Part shown: positions 8,239 to 14,572 of the stretch, one piece after another
Numbering within the stretch: position 1 is the stretch's first letter
Layout of the letters: each line of letters begins with the position of its first letter
Assembly (NCBI RefSeq): GCF_042660085.1
Contig: NZ_JBHSTI010000008.1
Span: forward strand, 1,389,876 to 1,421,875
Direction: 5' to 3'
DNA length: 32,000 bases
From: Longivirga aurantiaca
GTDB lineage: Bacteria; Actinomycetota; Actinomycetes; S36-B12; CAIYMF01
Notes under the pieces: generated by a model
The model's input: only the letters and a program-made list of their open reading frames with translations
Database searches by the model: none
Told to the model about the DNA's origin: nothing
Program-made: the position numbers and the translations under genes

Positions 8239-8481
8239 TCATCCCAAGAAGTGGCCCGCCTCGAGGCCCAGGACGTCCGGCGTGATCCGCCGGGGCACGT
8301 CCGGTGCCTCGCGACGCAGGTCGATCTCGGCGAGGTCGATCCAGTCATGGCCGGAGCCGGAGTAGCCCGGCACCACCTCCGGGTCGGAGAACGCCGTCTC
8401 GCCCGCCATCTCCCACAGCAGTGCGGTCTCCTCGAACGGCACGTGCACCGGCCCGGTCATCCCGCTCGCATACCTGCGCAT
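8239..8481 (-). CDS. hypothetical acidic protein, 80 aa
   Basis: ORF 8239..8481. Strong SD GGGAGG 6 nt upstream of the ATG and only 22 nt after the stop of the upstream gene, which suggests an operon. I recognise no family and it has no Cys. Confidence 0.55.
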   Translation of the reverse strand: MRRYASGMTGPVHVPFEETALLWEMAGETAFSDPEVVPGYSGSGHDWIDLAEIDLRREAPDVPRRITPDVLGLEAGHFLG

Positions 8482-8503
8482 GGCTGCCTCCCCATCGGGT
8501 CGT

Positions 8504-8866
8504 TCACCGCGTCCACTCGCCGTCGATCCACCGCACGTCGCCCTCGAAGCACGGAGCCATGCGCGTGGACCACCAGACGTCCTGCTCGGGGTCGTCGCCC
8601 AGGGCCTCGTAGCTCGCCCGGTCGGTGAAGCGGATCGCAGCGACGACCGTCACACCGTCCGCGCCCAGGAGCACGGACTGCCCGTCGTACCCGGTGATCG
8701 CGCTGCCGCGTTCGGCCTCCCAGGCCCGGGTGATCGCCTCGACGTCGGCGAAGGGGACGGCCAGCCGGCCGATCATCACGCTGCCGTACACGTGCACCAC
8801 GTCCTTCGGTGCTCGGGTGGCCCCCCTGTGGTCCCTGGATACGCCTGCACGCGGTGACAGGTCCAT
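8504..8866 (-). CDS. ABM-like (dimeric alpha/beta barrel, antibiotic-biosynthesis-monooxygenase fold) protein
   Basis: ORF 8504..8866. The C-terminal ~95 aa (..VYGSVMIGRLAVPFADVEAITRAWEAERGSAITGYDGQSVLLG...AAIRFTDRASYEALGDDPEQDVWW..) look ABM-like. An internal GTG at 8791, preceded by GAAGGA, is an alternative start. Confidence 0.6.
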   Translation of the reverse strand: MDLSPRAGVSRDHRGATRAPKDVVHVYGSVMIGRLAVPFADVEAITRAWEAERGSAITGYDGQSVLLGADGVTVVAAIRFTDRASYEALGDDPEQDVWWSTRMAPCFEGDVRWIDGEWTR

Positions 8867-8905
8867 GGTCAGTACGGGTGGTCAGCGGACGGTGACGGGA
8901 ACGCA

Positions 8906-8933
8906 GAAGGCCCCGGCGTGAGCCGGGGCCTTC
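8906..8933 (-). terminator. stem-loop terminator after the tRNA cluster
   Basis: Perfect 12-bp GC-rich stem GAAGGCCCCGGC/GCCGGGGCCTTC with a 4-nt loop, 8 nt downstream of the tRNA-Val 3' end. The U-tail is poor, as is common in high-GC actinobacteria. Confidence 0.6.
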
Positions 8934-8941
8934 GTCATGCG

Positions 8942-9014
8942 TGGGCGATACAGGAATCGAACCTGTGACCTCTTCCGTGTCAAGGAAGCGCGCTAGCCCC
9001 TGCGCCAATCGCCC
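8942..9014 (-). tRNA. tRNA-Val (anticodon GAC)
   Basis: Hand-folded cloverleaf, 73 nt. Acceptor stem GGGCGAT/ATCGCCC, anticodon arm CTTCC-TTGACAC-GGAAG, T arm ACAGG-TTCGATT-CCTGT, discriminator A. CCA is not encoded. Confidence 0.95.
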
Positions 9015-9042
9015 GTGGGGGTGGTGCCCCCGGTGGTGACCG

Positions 9043-9113
9043 AGGTGGAGACGGGATTTGAACCCGTGTACACGGCTTTGCAGGCCGTTGCCTCGCCTCT
9101 CGGCCACTCCACC
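9043..9113 (-). tRNA. tRNA-Cys (anticodon GCA)
   Basis: Hand-folded, 71 nt. Acceptor stem GGTGGAG/CTCCACC, anticodon arm ACGGC-CTGCAAA-GCCGT, T arm ACGGG-TTCAAAT-CCCGT. Confidence 0.95.
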
Positions 9114-9138
9114 GAGCAGACCTCATCGAGGTCTTCCG

Positions 9139-9211
9139 AGCGGACGACGGGACTCGAACCCGCGACCCTCACCTTGGCAAGGTGATGCGCTACCAACTGC
9201 GCTACGTCCGC
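9139..9211 (-). tRNA. tRNA-Gly (anticodon GCC)
   Basis: Hand-folded, 73 nt. Acceptor stem GCGGACG/CGTCCGC, anticodon arm TCACC-TTGCCAA-GGTGA, T loop TTCGAGT, discriminator U. Confidence 0.95.
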
Positions 9212-9309
9212 CTTGCAGACCGGGGAAATGTCCCCCGTGCTGCGGGACGAAACCATAACCCATCGCCGTCGGACTCTCCAAAGCGGGCTCGACGGCGCGG
9301 CGACCCGCC

Positions 9310-10254
9310 ATGATGGCCGCCGTGACCGCCGTCGACCCCTTCGCACCCGGTCTGCCCTACGACCCGTCGTGGCCGCGGGCAGGGTCGTGGTTGCGCCGCG
9401 AGAGCGCGGACCACGACTCCGACGCCTCACTCGACCTTGCGCTGCTCGGGATCCCGGCGTTCCGCACGTCGCTGTCGCCGACAGGTGCGGGCGCCACCCC
9501 GGCCGCAGTGCGCGACGCGCTGCTGCGCTACTCCACGCATGCCCACGGCCTCGACCTCGACGCGCTCGTGGTGGCGGACCTCGGCGACGTCGAGGAGCCG
9601 GACGGACGCGAGGGCGAGGAGCGCGTGCGGGCCGCGATGGCGGACGCGGCGTCCCGCGCCCGGCTCGTGGTCGCGCTCGGAGGCGACAACTCGGTCACGT
9701 ACGCCGCGGCGCTCGGCGCCTGGGGGACGGCGCTGCCGACGGCCGGGCTCGTCACGCTCGACGCGCACCACGACCTGCGCGACGGCGAGAGCAACGGCTC
9801 GCCGGTGCGGCGGCTGCTCGATGCGGGGCTCGACGGGTCGCGGGTGGTGCAGATCGGTATCTCGGACTTCGCCAACTCGCGCACCTACTCCGAGCGCGCC
9901 CGCGACGCCGGCATCACGGTGATCGGTCGCGACGACGTCGCCGACCGCGGGATCGGCGCCGCCGTCGCGGGGGCTCTGGCGATCGCAGGAGCTGCGGGCG
10001 GCCCGATCCATGTCGACCTCGACGTGGACGTGTGCGACAGGTCGGTGGCGCCCGGCTGCCCGGCGTCGGTGCCGGGCGGGATCTCCGCGCACGAGCTGCG
10101 CCGCGCCGCGTTCCTCCTCGCGCTCGACCCCCGTGTCTCGTCGCTGGACATCACCGAGGTGGATGCGACCGCGGACGCGCCGGACGGCCGCACCGTGCGC
10201 CTTGCCGCGCTCTGCGTCCTCGAGGCCGCGGCGGGGCTCGCCGCCCGCGCGTGA
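9310..10254 (+). CDS. arginase/agmatinase/formimidoylglutamase (ureohydrolase) family protein
   Basis: 314-aa ORF. Ureohydrolase metal motifs LDAHHDL (DAHxD) and HVDLDVDVCD (DxDxD). The first motif reads GGDNS instead of the usual GGDHS. The stop overlaps the next gene's start (GTGA). Confidence 0.9.
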   Translation: MMAAVTAVDPFAPGLPYDPSWPRAGSWLRRESADHDSDASLDLALLGIPAFRTSLSPTGAGATPAAVRDALLRYSTHAHGLDLDALVVADLGDVEEPDGREGEERVRAAMADAASRARLVVALGGDNSVTYAAALGAWGTALPTAGLVTLDAHHDLRDGESNGSPVRRLLDAGLDGSRVVQIGISDFANSRTYSERARDAGITVIGRDDVADRGIGAAVAGALAIAGAAGGPIHVDLDVDVCDRSVAPGCPASVPGGISAHELRRAAFLLALDPRVSSLDITEVDATADAPDGRTVRLAALCVLEAAAGLAARA

Positions 10255-11288
10255 CCCCGGCCGTCGCCCCGCACGAGCCCTGCGCCCACCTCGGCGGACG
10301 GCTCGGCACGGGTCTGCTCGAGGTGAGCCACGACCCTGCCGTGCTCGACCGCGGCGGGTGGTGGGCCGTCGTGCTCCCGTACGACGGTGCGCCGGTGCTG
10401 GCGCGGTTCGCCGACGTCTCCGTGGCAGACGCACCCGAGGGCGACTGGGCCGGGCCGTCGCGCGACTCGTGGTGCTCGTCGGCCTCGCGCGCCGAGTACG
10501 TCGCGGCGGTGCAGGAGGTGCGGTCGCGGATCGCCGCGGGCGACGTGTACCAGGCCAACGTGTGCCGCGTGCTGTCCGCGCCGCTCCCGGACCCGGCGCG
10601 CGCCGACGTCGCCGGCCTCGCCGCGCTGCTCCGCGCCGGCAACCCGTCGCCCTACGGCGGCTTCCTCCGGCTGCCCGAGCTGGGCCTGCACGTGGCGACG
10701 GCGTCCCCCGAGCTGTTCCTGCGGAGGGACGGCGACGTCGTCGAGAGCGGCCCCATCAAGGGCACGGGCCGGACCGCGGACGACCTGGAGCCCAAGGACT
10801 CGGCCGAGAACGTGATGATCGTCGACCTCGTGCGCAACGACCTGGGGGCCGTCTCGAGGACCGGCAGCGTGACGGTGCCCCACCTGCTGGTGCTCGAGCA
10901 GCACCCGGGCCTCGTGCACCTCGTGTCGACCGTGCGCGGCGAGCTGCGCGAGGGCACCACGTGGCCGCAGCTGCTCGGCGCCACCTTCCCGCCGGGCTCG
11001 GTCACCGGTGCTCCGAAGTCGTCGGCCCTGCGGATCATCGCCGAGGTCGAGCGCACGTCCCGCGGCCCCTACTGCGGCGCGGTCGGCTGGGTGGACGCCG
11101 ACGCCGGCACCGCCGAGCTCGCCGTCGCGATACGCACGTTCTGGCGCGACGGCGACCTGCTGCGGTTCGGCACCGGCGCGGGCATCACGTGGGGGAGCGA
11201 CCCGGCGCGGGAATGGGACGAGACCGAGCTGAAGGCGGAGACGCTGCTCGGCGTCGCGGCCGGGTCGTGGGAGGCTGGTCGACCGTGA
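10251..11288 (+). CDS. pabB: aminodeoxychorismate synthase component I-like chorismate-binding enzyme (short form, 345 aa)
   Basis: C-terminal part of ORF 9213..11288. GTG 10251 overlaps the upstream stop (GTGA). Chorismate-binding core SPELFL, GPIKGTGR (the PIKGT Lys is characteristic of PabB, versus PIAGT in TrpE), ENVMIVDLVRNDL, GSVTGAPK, RGPYCGAVGW. Confidence 0.8.
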   Translation: MTPAVAPHEPCAHLGGRLGTGLLEVSHDPAVLDRGGWWAVVLPYDGAPVLARFADVSVADAPEGDWAGPSRDSWCSSASRAEYVAAVQEVRSRIAAGDVYQANVCRVLSAPLPDPARADVAGLAALLRAGNPSPYGGFLRLPELGLHVATASPELFLRRDGDVVESGPIKGTGRTADDLEPKDSAENVMIVDLVRNDLGAVSRTGSVTVPHLLVLEQHPGLVHLVSTVRGELREGTTWPQLLGATFPPGSVTGAPKSSALRIIAEVERTSRGPYCGAVGWVDADAGTAELAVAIRTFWRDGDLLRFGTGAGITWGSDPAREWDETELKAETLLGVAAGSWEAGRP

Positions 11289-12133
11289 GCACCCTCGGGA
11301 ACCGGTTCTGGGTCGACGACCGCCTGGTCCTCCCCGCGCAGGCGCAGGTGAGCGTGCTCGACCACGGCCTCACCGTGGGCGACGGCGTGTTCGAGACCCT
11401 GCTGGTGCGCGACGGCGTGCCGTTCGCCCTCACCCGCCACCTCGCCCGCCTCGAGCGCTCGCTGGCCGGCCTCGGCTTCGCGGGTCCCGGCCCGGACCGC
11501 GTCCGCGAGGCCGTCGCCGCCGTGGTGCAGGACGCAGGCGACAGCGCCGCGTTCGCGCGGCTGCGCATCACCGTGACCTCCGGCATCGGGCCGCTCGGCA
11601 GCGACCGCGGCAGCGTCGACCCCACCCTCGTCGTCACCTGCGTGCCGGCCAGGGCCTGGCCCGCCACCTCGTCGCTCGCGACCGTGCCGTGGGTGCGCAA
11701 CGAGCGCTCGGCCGTGGCAGGCCTGAAGACCACGTCGTACGCCGAGAACGCAGTGGCCCTGGCCGAGGCGCACCGGCGCGGGGCGTCCGAGGCCGTCGTC
11801 GCCGACACCCAGGGCCGCCTCTGCGAGGGCACGGGCAGCAACGTCTTCGTGGTGGTGGACGGCGAGGTGCTCACCCCGCACCTGCGCTGCGGAGCCCTGG
11901 CAGGCATCACCCGCGAGCTCGTCCTCGAGTGGGCGCCGGCCGTGGCACCCGTCCGCGAGGCCGACCTGCCCTACGAGATCCTGTTCACCGCCGACGAGGT
12001 CTTCATCACCTCGAGCACACGCGACGTGCACCCGGTCGACCGCGTGGACGACCACGAGGTCGCCGTCGGGCCTGTCACTCTCGACGTGGCCGCCGAGTTC
12101 GCACGGCGCGCCGCGCTGGACGTCGACCCGTGA
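11285..12133 (+). CDS. pabC: aminodeoxychorismate lyase / class IV aminotransferase family protein
   Basis: C-terminal part of ORF 10010..12133. GTG 11285 overlaps the pabB stop (GTGA). Fold-type IV PLP signatures: VLDHGLTVGDGVFETL, candidate PLP Lys in AGLKTTSYAEN, EGTGSNVF. Confidence 0.8.
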   Translation: MSTLGNRFWVDDRLVLPAQAQVSVLDHGLTVGDGVFETLLVRDGVPFALTRHLARLERSLAGLGFAGPGPDRVREAVAAVVQDAGDSAAFARLRITVTSGIGPLGSDRGSVDPTLVVTCVPARAWPATSSLATVPWVRNERSAVAGLKTTSYAENAVALAEAHRRGASEAVVADTQGRLCEGTGSNVFVVVDGEVLTPHLRCGALAGITRELVLEWAPAVAPVREADLPYEILFTADEVFITSSTRDVHPVDRVDDHEVAVGPVTLDVAAEFARRAALDVDP

Positions 12134-12612
12134 GCATGCGGTTCGCACCGCTCACCGCCGAGCAGGCGGCGGCGTACCTGCCGCACAGCCAGCAGGGGTT
12201 CGCCGACGACCTCGTGCGCGCCGGTGCGCTCGATGCCGAGCGGGCGCTGCGCAAGGCCGTCGCGGACTACTCCAGCCTGGACGAGGGCGGCACGACCTAC
12301 GTCGCGGGCTACGCCGACATCGACGGGACCGAGCAGTGGGTGGGCGTGATCGGCTGGGCGCTCACGGGGTTCGACGCCGACCACGAGGAGCGCACGCTCT
12401 ACATCTACGACCTCGAGGTCTTCGAGCGGTTCCGGCAGCGCGGCTTCGCCGAGGGGCTCCTCGCCTACGCCGCGCAGCGAGCCGCGGAGGCGGGTGCCGA
12501 CGCCGTGCGGCTCACGGTCTGGGCGGGCAACGACTCCGCCGAGGCGCTGTACCGCAAGGTCGGATTCCTTCCCGAGCAGCAGCGGATGCGGCTGCGGCTG
12601 TCGGAGCGCTGA
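12130..12612 (+). CDS. GNAT family N-acetyltransferase
   Basis: C-terminal part of ORF 11689..12612. GTG 12130 overlaps the pabC stop (GTGA); ATG 12136 is an equally possible start. GNAT motif A: VFERFRQRGFAEGLLAYA. Confidence 0.8.
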   Translation: MSMRFAPLTAEQAAAYLPHSQQGFADDLVRAGALDAERALRKAVADYSSLDEGGTTYVAGYADIDGTEQWVGVIGWALTGFDADHEERTLYIYDLEVFERFRQRGFAEGLLAYAAQRAAEAGADAVRLTVWAGNDSAEALYRKVGFLPEQQRMRLRLSER

Positions 12613-12615
12613 GCG

Positions 12616-13152
12616 CTACGCCAGCGCGCGGCGCACGCGAGTGAGCACGGCGTCCTTGGCGCCGACGAGGGTGTCGCCCGCGTCGACCAGGAGGCCGTCG
12701 ACGACGAACGTCGGGGTGCCGGTGACGCCGAGGGCACGGCCCTCGTCGTGCTCGGCCTTCACGGCGGCGGCGTGCCGTCCGTCGAAGAGCGCGAGCGCCA
12801 CCTCGTCCGAGTCCAGCCCGAGATGCTCGGCGAGCTCGACGTAGTCGCCCGGCCCCTCGAGGGTCTCCATCTGGGCGATGGCGTGCGCGGCGAACTCCTC
12901 GCCGCGGCCCTGTGCGGCCGCCTCGACCTGGCACTGCGCGGCGGCGACGGCCCACACGTGGCTCACGAGCGGGAGGTGGCGCAGCCGCACGACGAGCCGG
13001 TCGCCGAGCTCGTCGCGCAGCTCGTCGAGCAGCTCGGCGGACTCCAGGACGTCCGGGCAGCAGAGGTCGACCCACCAGTCGAGGACGACGGCGCCGTCGT
13101 CGTCGCGGCGAGGGCTGGGGGAGTCGACCTCGGAGAGGCTCACTGCGGGCAT
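12616..13152 (-). CDS. DsbA-like thioredoxin-fold protein with non-canonical active site
   Basis: 178-aa ORF. DSBA-like layout: ..VVLDWWVDLCCPDV.. at the position of DxxCPxC, and a C-terminal GVTGTPTFVVDG (cis-Pro loop). The site reads CCPDV, so the second Cys of CxxC is missing. Confidence 0.75.
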   Translation of the reverse strand: MPAVSLSEVDSPSPRRDDDGAVVLDWWVDLCCPDVLESAELLDELRDELGDRLVVRLRHLPLVSHVWAVAAAQCQVEAAAQGRGEEFAAHAIAQMETLEGPGDYVELAEHLGLDSDEVALALFDGRHAAAVKAEHDEGRALGVTGTPTFVVDGLLVDAGDTLVGAKDAVLTRVRRALA

Positions 13153-13207
13153 GGGCCGATTCTCGCAGAGGGCGGTGCAGGGGCTGCGTCGGCGGCGGCG
13201 GCGCGCC

Positions 13208-13213
13208 TAGGGT
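13208..13213 (+). promoter_or_regulatory. candidate -10 hexamer TAGGGT for a leaderless kynA transcript
   Basis: TAnnnT-type hexamer 7 nt upstream of GTG 13221, with no SD in between. The same 10-mer GCCTAGGGTG recurs at 14557-14566 with identical spacing to another GTG start. Confidence 0.35.
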
Positions 13214-13220
13214 GCTCGAC

Positions 13221-14069
13221 GTGACCGACGCCCCCGATCCCGCCGCCTCAGCCGTCACCTACGCCTCCTACCTGGAGGTGCCCGGGCTGCTGTCGCTGCA
13301 GAACCCGCGCAGCGAGCAGGACGGCCAGCTCGCCGAGCACGACGAGCTGCTCTTCATCACGATCCACCAGGTCTACGAGCTGTGGTTCAAGCAGGTGCTG
13401 CACGAGCTGCGCGGCGACGAGGCGGCGCCCGGGGCGGGCGGCGTGCAGGGGGCCCTCGCCGAGGGCGACGCGTACGGCGCCATGGCGCTGCTCGGACGCG
13501 TGCTGAAGATCCTGAAGACGCTCGTGTCGCAGGTCGACGTCCTCGAGACCATGACCCCGCTGCAGTTCAACTCGTTCCGCGCCCGCCTCGAGTCGTCGTC
13601 GGGCTTCCAGTCGGCGCAGTTCCGCGAGCTCGAGGCGGTGCTCGGACGCCGCGACCCCCGGCTGCTCACCAACGCCGTTCCGGGCGACCCGATCTGGGAC
13701 CGGGTGCGCGCCGCCACCAGCCGACCGAGCGTGTGGGGGTCGTACCTCGCGTTCCTCGCGATGCGCCAGCACCCGGTGCCGGCCGAGGTCCTCGAGCAGG
13801 ATCCGTTCCTGCCGCTCGAGTCGAACGAGTCCGTGCAGCACGTGCTCGCCCTGGTCTACCGCGGGGACGACGCCGCAGCACTGCTCGCCGAGCGACTGAT
13901 CGACCTCGACGAGGGCCTGCAGGAGTGGCGCTACCGCCACGTGAAGATGGTCGAGCGCACGATCGGCGCGAAGCCCGGAACGGGCGGATCGAGCGGGGTC
14001 GGCTACCTCAGCAGCACGTTGTTCACCCCGGTGTTCCCGGACCTCTGGGCCGTGCGCCAGCAGTTCTAG
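13221..14069 (+). CDS. kynA: tryptophan 2,3-dioxygenase
   Basis: C-terminal part of ORF 12912..14069; start at GTG 13221 (alternative GTG 13212). TDO signatures: YASYL, HDELLFITIHQVYELWFKQ, FQSAQFRELE, WRYRHVKMVERTIGAKPGTGGSSGVGYL (heme-ligand His region). Confidence 0.9.
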   Translation: MTDAPDPAASAVTYASYLEVPGLLSLQNPRSEQDGQLAEHDELLFITIHQVYELWFKQVLHELRGDEAAPGAGGVQGALAEGDAYGAMALLGRVLKILKTLVSQVDVLETMTPLQFNSFRARLESSSGFQSAQFRELEAVLGRRDPRLLTNAVPGDPIWDRVRAATSRPSVWGSYLAFLAMRQHPVPAEVLEQDPFLPLESNESVQHVLALVYRGDDAAALLAERLIDLDEGLQEWRYRHVKMVERTIGAKPGTGGSSGVGYLSSTLFTPVFPDLWAVRQQF

Positions 14070-14476
14070 GCGAGGTCGTCGACCAGGCGCGCGAGCTCGG
14101 CGTCGAGGTCGAACCTGGACGACTCGGTGCCCGCGGGCACGTGGACGTAGGTGCGGTCGAGGAACTCGCGCACCGCGACCGGGTCGGCCTCGAGCAGCGC
14201 GCTGCCGTTAGGGCTCGCGAGCGAGAGGTAGAGCACCGTCCCGCCGGCGGTGGCCACGGGCCACACCGCGACGTCGCCCTCCCCGCTGGGACCGGCGAGG
14301 CCCTCGTCGAGGAGGTCGCGCCCGAACACCCACGTGACGTCGCCGTCGGCCGTCCGGAACACCGCCGTCACGGCCCACGGGTCGGCGGGGCGGTAGCCCA
14401 GCCGGACGGGGACGGTCGCGGACCGGTCGCCTCCGAGCACAAGTCGCAGCTCGAGGTCGGCGCGGACGGGCATCAT
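14066..14476 (-). CDS. ssgB: SsgA-like protein family (SsgB-type) sporulation/cell-division protein
   Basis: ORF 14066..14614 trimmed to ATG 14476 (MMPVRADLELRLVL...), with AAGGAG 10 nt upstream. Collinear by eye with Streptomyces SsgB (..LRLV......VPV.LRY...DPYAV...F.......V.WVFARDLL.EGL..P.G.GDV.VWP...). 136 aa. Confidence 0.85.
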   Translation of the reverse strand: MMPVRADLELRLVLGGDRSATVPVRLGYRPADPWAVTAVFRTADGDVTWVFGRDLLDEGLAGPSGEGDVAVWPVATAGGTVLYLSLASPNGSALLEADPVAVREFLDRTYVHVPAGTESSRFDLDAELARLVDDLA

Positions 14477-14500
14477 CGGTGGAACGCTCCTTGACCGGGG

Positions 14501-14523
14501 GGTGTGCACGACGCGTGCACACC
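14501..14523. promoter_or_regulatory. perfect 10-bp inverted repeat GGTGTGCACG-ACG-CGTGCACACC upstream of ssgB
   Basis: Read directly from the sequence. Lies in the 96-nt divergent ssgB / PGPGW intergenic region, 9 nt upstream of the ssgB SD. Could be a DNA operator or a 5'-UTR hairpin. Confidence 0.4.
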
Positions 14524-14559
14524 CTTCAGATGCAGGAGGCGCCGCGCAGGACCCGTGCC

Positions 14560-14565
14560 TAGGGT
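14560..14565 (+). promoter_or_regulatory. candidate -10 hexamer TAGGGT for a leaderless PGPGW-gene transcript
   Basis: TAGGGT lies 7 nt upstream of GTG 14573 with no SD. It sits in the same GCCTAGGGTG context as the kynA site. Confidence 0.35.
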
Positions 14566-14572
14566 GTGAGTC

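Noticed and set aside
8906-9309. The tRNA Gly-Cys-Val cluster considered as an integration hotspot or genomic-island border.
   Set aside because: There is no integrase, no direct repeat of a tRNA 3' end, no obvious compositional shift, and the neighbouring genes are ordinary metabolic genes. From memory, the Gly-Cys-Val order also occurs in other actinobacteria.
13186-13204. Short GGC triplet run (CGGCGGCGGCGGCG) and similar simple GC-rich repeats. I also searched for CRISPR-like or tandem repeat arrays.
   Set aside because: These are only 4-5 units, typical of high-GC DNA. No regularly spaced direct repeats, no array structure and no cas-like genes occur anywhere in the window.
14066-14069. 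kynA and ssgB share a palindromic CTAG that provides both stop codons (TAG on each strand).
   Set aside because: This is a curiosity of tightly packed convergent genes, and there is no functional implication I can support.
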